A DNA stretch of 64,000 nt from Rapidithrix thailandica (GCF_039710355.1 NZ_JBDKWZ010000026.1:1-64000), one strand, 5' to 3'. Positions 9,701-18,961 are shown, counted from the stretch's first letter. Numbers and translations are program-made. The notes: generated by a model from the sequence alone, not told the origin.

Positions 9701-11708
9701 TGCCGCCATTCTGCTTCAAAAGTTGATTGACTTGGAAAGCCGGATTGCCCTGTTGCGATTTACACCCGTAGCCCGCGCTTGTGCGGCTTTATGGTGGCAG
9801 GTATTTGCCGAAAACACGGAACAAGCCAACTCTAAAGAACTGTTGTTACACCGGATTCGTGGACAAGCAGTCATCAGAAAGCTTTTCCCTAATAGTGAAG
9901 ACCAGCAAGAGCTAATTGGCGATCTGGCTACAGAAATAGAGGCTTTTGTGGAACGTTCCGGATTGTTCTCACCTACTATTGTGGAAGATGCCGCTACCTA
10001 CCTGAGCCTTGAATTAGCGGAAAAAGACACCTTTACGATCAGTAGGGAAGCAGCCATCATCTATGAAGGATTTACCAATGACTTGCAAGCCAAAAATGCA
10101 AAAGAGGCCTATGTTCAATCGGTAAATGCGCTGAAAAACACGCCTGAAGATGCCTTTAGCCTGATCGTTGATTGGCTAAAAGCTTGGCTGCAAATGCAAC
10201 AAACAGAAGGCAAAGAACATCTGGCAAACAGCCTTGAAGAAGCGGCGGTACTGCTGTTCACCAATACCTTCAACAACCTAAATGTTTTGAATGTAGAAGT
10301 AGAACAGATGGTTGAAGGCTTGAGTGGCGAACATACTTCTATCGAAAAAGGGAATTACACACTCAATTATCACACTTTCATCGATAAACTTAAGCATTTT
10401 GAAACACATGTAGTCCCTGACTTCCTGAAATTTCAGTCGCTGAAGAAGTCGATGGTAGAAGATTTCCGCAAACAAATCAGGTTAGATGAGTTTAAGCCCA
10501 GAGTGTTGAGTTCTTTTGTAAGAAACCAATTGGTAGACCAGGTGTATTTACCCCTTATCGGAGATAACCTGGCCAAGCAAATCGGGGTGGTAGGCCATAA
10601 CAAGCGTACGGACTTGATGGGGATGCTCTTGTTAATTTCCCCTCCCGGATACGGGAAAACAACCCTGATGGAATACATTGCCAACCGGGTAGGATTGATT
10701 TTCATGAAAATCAACGGACCGGCTATCGGACACCAGGTCACTTCTCTCGACCCCGATGATGCCGGCAACGCCAGTGCCAGAGAAGAATTGAAAAAGCTCA
10801 ACCTGGCCTTTGAAATGGGTGACAATGTCATGGTGTACCTGGATGATATTCAGCACTGTAACCCGGAGTTTTTACAAAAATTCATTTCCCTTTGTGACGG
10901 TCAGCGTAAGATCGAAGGGGTATACAAAGGCGTGCCTCAAACCTATGATCTGAGAGGAAAAAGGGTATGTGTGGTAATGGCAGGTAACCCGTATACGGAA
11001 AGTGGAGAAAAATTCAGAATCCCGGATATGTTGGCCAACCGTGCAGATACATACAACCTGGGAGATATCATTGGAGATACGGAAGAACAATTCAGACTGA
11101 GCTATATCGAAAATGCATTGACTTCCAATCCGGTATTAACCAAACTGGCCGTAAGAAGTCGTAAAGATATCCATACCGTGGTTCGCTATGCGGAAACCGG
11201 AAACCGGGAAGGATTGGACTTCGAAGCCAACATGGAAGCGGATGAGCTCAACGAATATGTAGGGGTACTTTCTAAATTGCTCAAAATTCGCGATGCCATT
11301 TTGAAGGTTAACCTGAAGTATATTGAGTCGGCCGCACAAGCGGACGAATACCGTACCGAGCCTCCATTTAAATTACAGGGTTCGTACCGTAACATGAACA
11401 AGCTGGCCGAAAAAGTGATGCCGGTGATGAACGATAGGGAGTTACAAACCTTATTGCTCTCTCATTATGAAAACGAATCGCAAACGCTCACTACCGGTGC
11501 AGAAGCCAATATGCTGATCTTTAAACATATGATGAGTTGGTTGGATGAAACTTCTACCATGCGTTGGGAGGAGATCAAACAAGTATTTATGAAAAACCAA
11601 AAGCAAAAAGGCTATGGTAAAAACAATCAATTAGCCGCTTTATTGGAACAACTGGAAGGTTTTGCTGAAAACCTGAAAGGCATTAAAGAAGCCATTGAAA
11701 AGCGGTGA
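6792..11708 (+). CDS. giant (1638-aa) protein with a C-terminal AAA+ P-loop ATPase module (MoxR/AAA_5-like) and a central coiled-coil region; function unknown
   Basis: Uninterrupted 4.9-kb ORF. Walker A-like LLLISPPGYGKTTLMEYIANR (~aa 1275), Walker B-like NVMVYLDDIQHCNPEFLQKF, and sensor-like VCVVMAGNPYTESGEKFRIPDMLANRADT. Residues ~600-850 are heptad-rich. Same strand as and 148 bp downstream of yqiK. Confidence 0.7.
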   Translation: MEENSTPQASEAPQIDAGTYEILRQRLKQSGNTLQEKLNQLNQVRKDTFGNIPTTLLKNERISTENNCIPRDMIAVGDHFLFGYNVHIGLKSEVEVSDVFSVYQFRSEDHSFHLKELSLLSDERFSEDFRQLYKYYKHTTFAKFVVIGPHLYLKFQTSKNTNSVKAFKFLMEDGELQYIDNRSDHEIKYPEQHELEWKRASRDHHREGDHPHISILDKVFVETIGGDLTIKIEDNTESGEGIYQEEVSHHEQTLDDAEIYFADLGNLILLKIKPYMEEHFRFFVFNHKLGEVHRIDSIKDTCVLLPDEQGIIFSQGYYLQTGELKVYDESLTGMRFEKKIISPNGEDFLFVYYNPAVGDYVLLSYNRIEQAVESPVTCSGFSFFRNGELIYFRADHEPKKHHALQLWQTPYVHPDYEVPTQNESYLYKVGNKDIVRAMAECNELMKLLQKEDAYATLYQDVAKKSSEIGDSYYWISHEEAYQIDTVLTEIHQNAVVAIEEFEKVRRIKKATLEAVGQISQQAKELIDKVRRRQYKEIDDFVQTLASIRKLRGDTISLKELRYADIPAIEALEQQLAEKNEDVSQKCVLFLLQEDSLLPYQQKVAGQNDKIEEVSKVAEADAIQGENDQIGQELEMLIEIVSNLKIEDATQTTEIIDSISDIYASLNQVKAKLKQVRKNLLGTEAKAEFAAQLRLIGQSVVNYLDVSDSPQRCEEYMTRLMVQLEELEGKFADFDEFIPQLADKRDEVYQAFESRKLNLVEQRNKKATSLQTAAERILKSIEHKVKSFKEVSEINAYFAADIMVHKVQEMITQLQSLEDNVKADDLQSKLNATKEEAVRQLKDRKDLFAEGENVITLGKHRFSVNVQALDVSLVQRDGDLYYHLSGTNFFEKADLVDHQFQPAILTQEIVSENREVYRGEYLAYQYLKQIKQEQTLDAHAGLPVKELAEKIQAFMAPRYQEGYQKGVHDADAAILLQKLIDLESRIALLRFTPVARACAALWWQVFAENTEQANSKELLLHRIRGQAVIRKLFPNSEDQQELIGDLATEIEAFVERSGLFSPTIVEDAATYLSLELAEKDTFTISREAAIIYEGFTNDLQAKNAKEAYVQSVNALKNTPEDAFSLIVDWLKAWLQMQQTEGKEHLANSLEEAAVLLFTNTFNNLNVLNVEVEQMVEGLSGEHTSIEKGNYTLNYHTFIDKLKHFETHVVPDFLKFQSLKKSMVEDFRKQIRLDEFKPRVLSSFVRNQLVDQVYLPLIGDNLAKQIGVVGHNKRTDLMGMLLLISPPGYGKTTLMEYIANRVGLIFMKINGPAIGHQVTSLDPDDAGNASAREELKKLNLAFEMGDNVMVYLDDIQHCNPEFLQKFISLCDGQRKIEGVYKGVPQTYDLRGKRVCVVMAGNPYTESGEKFRIPDMLANRADTYNLGDIIGDTEEQFRLSYIENALTSNPVLTKLAVRSRKDIHTVVRYAETGNREGLDFEANMEADELNEYVGVLSKLLKIRDAILKVNLKYIESAAQADEYRTEPPFKLQGSYRNMNKLAEKVMPVMNDRELQTLLLSHYENESQTLTTGAEANMLIFKHMMSWLDETSTMRWEEIKQVFMKNQKQKGYGKNNQLAALLEQLEGFAENLKGIKEAIEKR

Positions 11709-11733
11709 TAGATTAAATATGTTGTTGTAAATC

Positions 11734-11776
11734 AATCAGGCTATTGACGAAATTTTGTCGGTAGCCTGATTTTTTA
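11734..11776 (+). terminator. rho-independent terminator after the giant ATPase gene
   Basis: aatcaggcta ...loop... tagcctgatt followed by tttttt. Confidence 0.6.
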
Positions 11777-11794
11777 TTTCTAAAAAACCGTCTA

Positions 11795-12376
11795 TATGCG
11801 ATTCAAAATAAAACCACAGTAGGCACATAGGACACAGTAGAAATGAAATAACGAACTCCTTAAAAACTATGTAACCTTATGTTCCTATGCGATTCAAAAA
11901 CAAAACCACAGTAGGTACATAGGGCACAGTAGAAATGAAATAACGAACTCCTTAAAAACTATATGATCTTATGTTCCTATGGGGTTCAAAAACAAAACCA
12001 CAGTAGGCACATAGGGCACAATAGAAATGAAATAACGAACTCCTTAAAAACTATGTAACCTTATGTTCCTATGCGATTCAAAAACAAAACCACAGTAGGT
12101 ACATAGGGCACAGTAGAAATGAAATGACAAGCTCCTAATAACTTATGTGATCTTATGTTCCTATGGGGTTCAAAAACAAAACCACAGTAGGCACATAGGG
12201 CACAATAGAAATGAAATAACGAACTCCTTAAAAACTATGTGATCTTATGTTCCTATGCGATTCAAAAATAAAACCACAGTAGGTACATAGAACACAATAG
12301 AAATAAAATAACGAACTCCTTAAAAACTATGTGATCTTATGTTCCTATGCGATTCAAAAACAAAACCACAGTAGGA
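11795..12376. repeat. tandem array of a 92-bp unit, ~6.3 copies, with two alternating subtypes
   Basis: Units start at 11795, 11886, 11978, 12070, 12162, 12254 and 12346 (the last one partial). Units are >90% identical. Odd and even units differ at diagnostic positions (cgattc vs gggttc; ggcacatagg vs ggtacatagg; gtaacc vs gtgatc). Confidence 0.9.
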
Positions 12377-12400
12377 AAGAACTAAGCCTTACTCCTGAAC

Positions 12401-13285
12401 TTACTTACCCTTCTTCGCCTTAATCATTGCTTCAAGTTTGTCCCACATATCTTTGGGAACAAGATGCTCCAAAAAGTTAAACTCCCCGGCACCGTTTAGC
12501 CACTCACCACCGTCAATGGTAATCACCTCCCCGTTGATGTAAGCTGAAAAGTCCGACACCAAATAAGCCGCCAGGTTGGCTAATTCCTGATGATCTCCCA
12601 CCCGGTTAAGCGGCACCTTCTGAGCCAGATCAAATTTATCTTTCAAATTGCCCGGTAAGAGCCTGTCCCAGGCTCCTTTGGTCGGGAAAGGTCCCGGAGC
12701 TATGGCATTACTTCTGATACCGTACTTTGCCCATTCCACTGCCAGACTTTTGGTCATGGCCAATACGCCGGCTTTTGCCGTAGCACTGGGAACCACATAA
12801 CCCGAACCCGTCCAGGCGTAGGTGGTGACAATGTTCAAAATCACCGTGTTTTTCTGCTGAGTATTGATCCAATGTTTTCCAAAAGCCAACGTACAGTTTT
12901 TACTTCCTTTCAGTACGATATCAATAATGGTATCAAATGCGTTGGCCGATAGGCGTTCGGTAGGAGAGATAAAATTTCCCGCAGCATTGTTCAACAGCAC
13001 GTCTACTTTACCGAAGGTGTTTAAAACCTCCTGAAGCATGGCCTCCACCTGATCATAATGACGCACATCACATTGTACAGCCAAGCAATTTCCACCTGTT
13101 TCCTTTTCCAATTCCGTGGCGGTATTTTGCAACTTTTCCAAATTACGGGAAGTGATGGCTACCTTAGCCCCTAATTCGAGAAAATATTTTGTCATGGATT
13201 TTCCCAAGCCACTTCCTCCCCCAGTCACAACAATTACCTTATTTTCAAGCGCATCTTCGCGAAGCATTTTTGAAGAGTAGTTCAT
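12401..13285 (-). CDS. SDR family oxidoreductase (2,4-dienoyl-CoA reductase-like)
   Basis: VIVVTGGGSGLGKSM Rossmann motif. NNAAG, and a YxxxK-type catalytic region (SATAKAGVLAMTKSLAVEWAKYGIRSNAIAPGP). Confidence 0.8.
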   Translation of the reverse strand: MNYSSKMLREDALENKVIVVTGGGSGLGKSMTKYFLELGAKVAITSRNLEKLQNTATELEKETGGNCLAVQCDVRHYDQVEAMLQEVLNTFGKVDVLLNNAAGNFISPTERLSANAFDTIIDIVLKGSKNCTLAFGKHWINTQQKNTVILNIVTTYAWTGSGYVVPSATAKAGVLAMTKSLAVEWAKYGIRSNAIAPGPFPTKGAWDRLLPGNLKDKFDLAQKVPLNRVGDHQELANLAAYLVSDFSAYINGEVITIDGGEWLNGAGEFNFLEHLVPKDMWDKLEAMIKAKKGK

Positions 13286-13419
13286 AGGATTTTCATTTAA
13301 TAAAATTAATTAAAAACAGGTTGAATACTCAAACGCCCCCGCCCTATTATAGTCATTTCGCAATTTGAGTTATCCTCACAAAAGTTAACAGATACGGGGA
13401 ATGAAACAATGAACCCAAG

Positions 13420-13986
13420 TTAATTAATTCGTCTGCGGATCCGGCTCAATGCCTGTGGAGTCACCCCTATATAAGAGGCGATGTATTTTAACGGAACTTG
13501 TTGAAAAAGATGTGGGTACTCGGTGAGCAGTTTTAAATACCGCTGCTCGGCAGTATGGTTCAACAGGGAGAGCTCCCGTCTGGATTTTTTCAAAAACAAT
13601 TCTTCGCTGGCATGCCTGCCAATGGTATTCCCTATCTCCGTTTCTTGGTAAATTGCCTGTAAATCCTCATAGGTCAAGCGCCAAAGTACGGTAGTTGTCA
13701 GCGTTTCTATATGATAGGTAGAAGGGATTTGCATCAAGAAAGAATCGTATGCGCTGACAAAACTGTTGTGAAAGACAAAACTAAACGTCAGGTCATTTCC
13801 TTCTTTTGGTACGTAAAATCGTAAAATACCTTTTTCGACAAAAGACAAATGTTTTTCCGTCTGTCCTACTTCTAAAAGATAGGTCTTTTTAGAAAACTCT
13901 TGCCGTACCAATTTGGAAGAAATAACTTGCCAATCCTTGTCGGTAACCCGGGCGGTTCGTTCAAGGTATTTTCGGATTTGTTCCAT
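13420..13986 (-). CDS. Crp/Fnr family transcriptional regulator
   Basis: 188 aa. N-terminal cNMP-binding-like beta-roll and C-terminal HTH (LKYIASYIGVTPQALSRIRRRI). Confidence 0.75.
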   Translation of the reverse strand: MEQIRKYLERTARVTDKDWQVISSKLVRQEFSKKTYLLEVGQTEKHLSFVEKGILRFYVPKEGNDLTFSFVFHNSFVSAYDSFLMQIPSTYHIETLTTTVLWRLTYEDLQAIYQETEIGNTIGRHASEELFLKKSRRELSLLNHTAEQRYLKLLTEYPHLFQQVPLKYIASYIGVTPQALSRIRRRIN

Positions 13987-14112
13987 ACATAAAAAGTTCG
14001 CTTTGTTAGATACCTGAGCGCAACAATACTTTGTCTATATTGCGCTTTTCAACACTCCTTTCCATCATTTTACGGGTTGCAGCGGCTATTATCTTCAGTG
14101 GATTCTAAAAAG

Positions 14113-14910
14113 TCATTTCTTTTGATAATTCTCCGGCCGTTCTTTCAAAAGACCCCATTTCAGTTTAGGCAGCGCTACCAGTTCTTCGTATATTTTTTTA
14201 ACGTTCCGTTCACTTCTCAGGCTTAAATGCTCCACATTCCTTAAGGCTAACACCGGAGTGTAATCTTTACTTTTTAAACGAGCGGTCAAAAGCCTGAAAA
14301 AACGCAATTGCGAAAGGTCCTTTAAAAATTCAAGAGAATCCAATTGTATGTATTGCGGGCCTAAGCCATCCCCTTCAATACTCAGGCTTTCCAAACCCTT
14401 CATCGAGGACAGAGGTGAATAATCCGGAATTTTCCGGAAGTTTTCGACAGATAAACCCACCAGGTTTTTCAGCTGGGTGATAGGAACAATACTTTCCACT
14501 CCGGCCCCGGAGCCTATATGTAATAAGTTCAGTTTTTGGAGGTTTGCAATAGCCGATATATCTTTATAAACACCCCATTTTATATTCAGACGGGTTAAAT
14601 TTTCCTGATGACAAACCGCATCAAATAATTCCTGAGGCATCCGGGTACCAAAAGTTAGCTCTGTGAACTGTGTAGGATTACTTTTTAGGAAATCACACCA
14701 TTCCATTACAATTCTTTTCCTCTCTTTTTGAGAAAGTGAAGGATCGTCCAGTTGGGTACAATGGATAACTAAATTCGTTTCACCTTGATATTCAGACAAT
14801 GCAACTACGCTTCTAACTTTACCGGTATCCTCTTTAAAAAAGTAATTGAAACCATATCTGATTTGCTTTTCACTCAATATCATTCTTATACGTTCTATTT
14901 TGTTCTTCAA
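14113..14910 (-). CDS. hypothetical protein with leucine-rich-repeat-like segments
   Basis: 265 aa. Repeated LxxLxxLxL-type segments (LQKLNLLHIGSG..., LKNLVGLSVENF..., LESLSIEGDGL..., LSQLRFFRLL...). Confidence 0.4.
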   Translation of the reverse strand: MKNKIERIRMILSEKQIRYGFNYFFKEDTGKVRSVVALSEYQGETNLVIHCTQLDDPSLSQKERKRIVMEWCDFLKSNPTQFTELTFGTRMPQELFDAVCHQENLTRLNIKWGVYKDISAIANLQKLNLLHIGSGAGVESIVPITQLKNLVGLSVENFRKIPDYSPLSSMKGLESLSIEGDGLGPQYIQLDSLEFLKDLSQLRFFRLLTARLKSKDYTPVLALRNVEHLSLRSERNVKKIYEELVALPKLKWGLLKERPENYQKK

Positions 14911-15078
14911 TGCTCTTCCCCTCCCCTGACATACAGATTTTCAATCAATAAAATCTCATTAAGTAACGACAGAGCGGAGATGATGCCAATATCCATTGGT
15001 AATTATCAAATACTCATTCGGCTTGTTTTTAGAAATCCTTTCAAGTAATTCATACGGCTGCCTATCTCTTCTCAGAAA

Positions 15079-15621
15079 CTAACCGATTTCATTTTGCAGA
15101 ACTTCAAGTCTTTTTTCAAAACACACGCTATTCTCTACACCTGCATACTGGCCGTAATTCGGAATAACCTTATATCCATTCTTTGTATATAACCCAATCG
15201 CTTCCGGTTGTTTTTGCCCTGTTTCTAAGATGCATTTTTCAAAAGACATTTCGCTTGCCCACTTCTCCAGTTCAGCCAATACCCGGGAAGCAATTCCTTT
15301 TCCTCTTCCGGTGGGTAAAGTAAACATTCGCTTCACCTCCATCACATTCGGTTCATAAACTTTGATGGCTCCACATCCCAAAGCGATTCCGTCCTCATAA
15401 GCCAGCACCACATGGCCGATATGATCAAGGGTATTGAACTGAGCGTAAAAGGAATGATCCTCTCCGTCTCTTTTTTTCAGCTCTGCATCAAGCAGTTGAA
15501 CAAGCGCAATAAAATCGTGATTTCCCGAATGAGTTCTTATGGCTTTGATCATACTTCTCTTTGTTTTCTTATCCGGTTTCAAAATCGTAAATCTACTACG
15601 ATTTTTCAACAAGTCGGACAT
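15079..15621 (-). CDS. GNAT family N-acetyltransferase
   Basis: 180 aa. Acetyl-CoA-binding motif A (RGKGIASRVLAELEKWASE). Terminates with TAG. Confidence 0.8.
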   Translation of the reverse strand: MSDLLKNRSRFTILKPDKKTKRSMIKAIRTHSGNHDFIALVQLLDAELKKRDGEDHSFYAQFNTLDHIGHVVLAYEDGIALGCGAIKVYEPNVMEVKRMFTLPTGRGKGIASRVLAELEKWASEMSFEKCILETGQKQPEAIGLYTKNGYKVIPNYGQYAGVENSVCFEKRLEVLQNEIG

Positions 15622-15712
15622 ATATTCTGATTCCTACAGGGCTGTCACTGCGGCTTTTACACTCATCCAGCCTTTGGATCTCACCTTTCCGGTCAAACAA
15701 TGTTATTATTTT

Positions 15713-15760
15713 CCGATATGTCGGACCACCGATATGTCGGACCACCGAAGTGTCGGACCA
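15713..15760. promoter_or_regulatory. three tandem 16-bp direct repeats (ccgatatgtcggacca x2, ccgaagtgtcggacca) about 90 bp upstream of the GNAT gene start
   Basis: Exact or near-exact head-to-tail repeats read directly from the sequence. Positioned in the promoter region of the minus-strand GNAT gene. Confidence 0.5.
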
Positions 15761-15863
15761 TAAAAATGATCTTCTGAGAACCCTAAACTGAAAATTTTTA
15801 TCACCAAAGGGGCAGCCCCCGCAACGAATTTTAAACATGCGCTAAATTATATGTTTCATTTCT

Positions 15864-16418
15864 CTAAAATACTTCTAATAAAGAAGTATTTTCATTACTC
15901 TGGCCCCAAGCTCCCTTCGTAAATTCAACCTTGCCCAAGCAATTCAAATATTGCCTCAACTCTTCCTCGTTAATATTAGTGTCCATACTTCTGATCTGGG
16001 AATAAAGATTTTCAACGTCACATCCGGAACTTTCGATTAACGTTTTCAAGTTGGCTTTTACCTTGTTTTCATGATTCAAATACGTTTTCCGGAAAAGAAT
16101 TTCTCGTTCAATCCAACTATCTTCTACACCTAGCTTTTTCATTTCTTTTGCAAAGGCTTCAAAATCGTAAAAAGAATCGCGATCAGGAGTCTTGTACTCA
16201 AAATAGATAGTACTACACCCTCCGGCATTTGGCCCTTGCCAAACAATGTCTTTTTCTTCTATGGAAATCATTGTACAATGGCTGTTCCCCCATTTTGCTA
16301 ATACATTACCTATTTCATTGACTTGTTCATCCGTAACTCGAATGGATGGGTCGTCCTTTTTACAGGAACTCACCATCAAAAACAACCCTGCAATCAAAAG
16401 TAATTTTAAACTGTTCAT
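15864..16418 (-). CDS. lipoprotein, function unknown
   Basis: 184 aa. Signal peptide with lipobox (LFLMVSSCKKDD). Confidence 0.55.
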   Translation of the reverse strand: MNSLKLLLIAGLFLMVSSCKKDDPSIRVTDEQVNEIGNVLAKWGNSHCTMISIEEKDIVWQGPNAGGCSTIYFEYKTPDRDSFYDFEAFAKEMKKLGVEDSWIEREILFRKTYLNHENKVKANLKTLIESSGCDVENLYSQIRSMDTNINEEELRQYLNCLGKVEFTKGAWGQSNENTSLLEVF

Positions 16419-16916
16419 TGTATTAGATTTAGTTTCAAACTTAATATCCAGTTGTTACAACTTAGACATCTTTCAATTATAGCCTCCTAAAGTTAGAGAA
16501 GCTAAAATGAAAAACGTACAAACATTTGGCTATTTTTAATTTTGATAAAGTATCGGTACAAATCCCCAAAAAGCAAACCGGATACTTATAAATCATAAAA
16601 ATAAAGCTTTGCAATACCCTCCCCAGGCACTTCAAAATCTCCAATACAATTGTTTATGCCTTATGCTAGATGCTAAAAGAGTTTGTAACAACATTTACCT
16701 GTTTTTGTACTTTTTCAAGATAACAAAGGCCCTCTTGGTATAAAATATGCAAAACATTAACCATTATCACAGTACAATGTATTGAGGTTATCACGTATGA
16801 AAATTCGCCATAGTTCAGGAAGCTTTTATAATTATACCCTATGGCTTATTCTAAAAATTACACCTCGCGCATTCACATGTGGTAATCTTTATTATTTACA
16901 CTAAAAAAGTACACTT

Positions 16917-18269
16917 ATGCAACCATCAAAAAATGGAATCAGGCGACTGGTAGTAGCGCTTGTATTTATTACTTTATTACTTCCCCTGCATGTCTTTGCT
17001 AATGGAAAAGGGTTCTTTGCTATTCAATTTACCTGGGACAATGGCTCTTACAACCCGGAATACAAAGTTGGAGTAAATTTTACAAAGGGGAGTATTATCA
17101 GCAAAAACTTTAAAGAAATCACTGCCAAAAATAATATTTTGATCGCAGAATTTTCGCCCGGAGATTATGAGATTGAATCATTGGAATTTACCGGAGGAGA
17201 CTTGTATGGCCAAAAACTCACTTTAGACTTTAAACGAAAAATTACCATAGAGGATGGAAAAATTACCAACGGAGGATTGGTGTTTATTGGCAAAGGAAGC
17301 CAAAAGAACAAAAAGCGCCATGAGATTTACTTTTTGACGCTTAACAACCAAGCAGACCTTCAATGGTACCTGCAAAATAAGTATGTCAGTCCTAATGTAT
17401 CCAGGACTTCCCCCGTTCAAACCGCTTGGGAATTTACCAAACAAGAAACCATAGACAGGGTGATTGCCTTTTTCGAAAAGAGTTATGTAGAACGGGAAAC
17501 TCAACATCCTCAAAAAGGCGTAAAATATCTCTATGGCATGTTGGGTATGTTGATCAAGCTGCAAAAAGATCAAAACGGAACCGTTGTGGGAAGCCAGCGG
17601 CTACATACCGGAACTTACCGACAGGTTCAATCCTCTCAATCCTATCAGGGAAAAAAGATTGTGGATTTAGGCCAGGGTCACTATTTATACGGTCCCGATG
17701 AAGATCTTCAACCGGTTAAGTATCCGGAAGGCCTCACAACGGACTCTCAATTCAAATTCATTGGAAATAATAAATTTTTAGTTGTGGACGGCAATTTCAA
17801 TATTTACGTTTCGGAGGGAAAACCCTTTCAATGGAAAAAACAGGATGATTTCCACAGGAAATATGATCCTTATAACCGCCCTCATATCAGTTTTGGTGCA
17901 AACCATATCTATATTTTTACCTATCATATTGAAGATGACTGGAGTTTGTTAAGAGCTCCTTATGACAAGGTTCAATTTGAAGCTGTCGAAATCAGTCCGG
18001 AAATCAAGAAAGTTTCCGAAGTGCAAGAAACCCAAAACAAACTGGTCATCGGGCCAAGAACCACCAACTTTGTAAAGAAGGGCGCATTTATACATGTACA
18101 AGATTTAAATTCAGGCAATTGGGAATTAGTGCGGGCTCCCCGGGGAGACTGTGGCGGCTTGTACGTGGATAGTAAAAATGATAACCGTTTTCAGGCTGTT
18201 TGTGGAAAGCTTGTTTATATCAGTGAAGATGCCGGGCATACATGGGTGTTGATCAAAGATAAAAAGTAA
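16917..18269 (+). CDS. secreted hypothetical protein
   Basis: 450 aa. Signal peptide (RRLVVALVFITLLLPLHVFANG). No recognised motifs. Confidence 0.5.
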   Translation: MQPSKNGIRRLVVALVFITLLLPLHVFANGKGFFAIQFTWDNGSYNPEYKVGVNFTKGSIISKNFKEITAKNNILIAEFSPGDYEIESLEFTGGDLYGQKLTLDFKRKITIEDGKITNGGLVFIGKGSQKNKKRHEIYFLTLNNQADLQWYLQNKYVSPNVSRTSPVQTAWEFTKQETIDRVIAFFEKSYVERETQHPQKGVKYLYGMLGMLIKLQKDQNGTVVGSQRLHTGTYRQVQSSQSYQGKKIVDLGQGHYLYGPDEDLQPVKYPEGLTTDSQFKFIGNNKFLVVDGNFNIYVSEGKPFQWKKQDDFHRKYDPYNRPHISFGANHIYIFTYHIEDDWSLLRAPYDKVQFEAVEISPEIKKVSEVQETQNKLVIGPRTTNFVKKGAFIHVQDLNSGNWELVRAPRGDCGGLYVDSKNDNRFQAVCGKLVYISEDAGHTWVLIKDKK

Positions 18270-18294
18270 CAGTCAAGGATCGTATAACTTATGA

Positions 18295-18330
18295 AAAGGG
18301 AATCGAAAAAAGATTCCCTTTTTCCTTTTT
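18295..18330 (+). terminator. rho-independent terminator after 16917..18269
   Basis: aaagggaatc - gaaaaaa - gattcccttt followed by ttttccttttt. Confidence 0.6.
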
Positions 18331-18453
18331 CAAAGTCTTGTTTTTCTTTCCTCAAAGACATAAAACTAATACCGGATTACCGCAGATGATGATTAAAAGA
18401 CCTCTCTTGTACTCAAGCCCATTCACTACTAAGAGCGGAACTGTAAATACGCA

Positions 18454-18813
18454 TTACTTTTCCAAGATTTCCACTTCCTCCGGAACGATCAGTAGCAACA
18501 CACATCCTTTTTCTGTAGCAACCGAATGTTTGAATTGGGGAGGTGTGTACAGGTAATCTCCGCCGGTAAGTTTTGCGCCTTCGATGATAGCCTCTCCTTC
18601 CAGCACAAACAGTTCCTCTCCGGCCGGGTGATTATGATACGGGTATTGGGCTCCGGGTTCAAACTTCAATAAGATAGAGGGAGGTCTTTGTGTTTGTTCA
18701 TCAAAGCGCAATGCTTTCACAAATATCCCCTGGGTATTAATCCCCTCTTCTTGTAAAGGACTCCAATCTTGCTGCTGGCTACGGAGGATATAATTTTCAA
18801 TATTCGAGTTCAT
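18454..18813 (-). CDS. cupin domain protein
   Basis: 119 aa. Cupin motif (YPYHNHPAGEELFVLEGEAIIEG) and a second His motif (PPQFKHSV). Confidence 0.7.
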   Translation of the reverse strand: MNSNIENYILRSQQQDWSPLQEEGINTQGIFVKALRFDEQTQRPPSILLKFEPGAQYPYHNHPAGEELFVLEGEAIIEGAKLTGGDYLYTPPQFKHSVATEKGCVLLLIVPEEVEILEK

Positions 18814-18961
18814 GATTTTTCAATTAAGGTTGATAATTTAATGTTGAAATTTCTGTTCAGCACCTGTTATTTCTACCTGTACCGGAGATCTTACTTGAAA
18901 ACAAAGGTAGGCCGCAGCATCTCTTCAGAACATAGACAATTTGGTGAAAAGCATGTAAAAT

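Noticed and set aside
7396-11401. Multiple short ORFs in alternative frames within the giant ATPase gene
   Set aside because: All of them are nested in the 4.9-kb uninterrupted ORF, which carries coherent Walker motifs, so they are frame artefacts.
11795-12376. Possible CRISPR array
   Set aside because: The whole 92-bp unit repeats with no unique spacers. Unit length and internal composition do not fit CRISPR repeats, and no cas genes are nearby.
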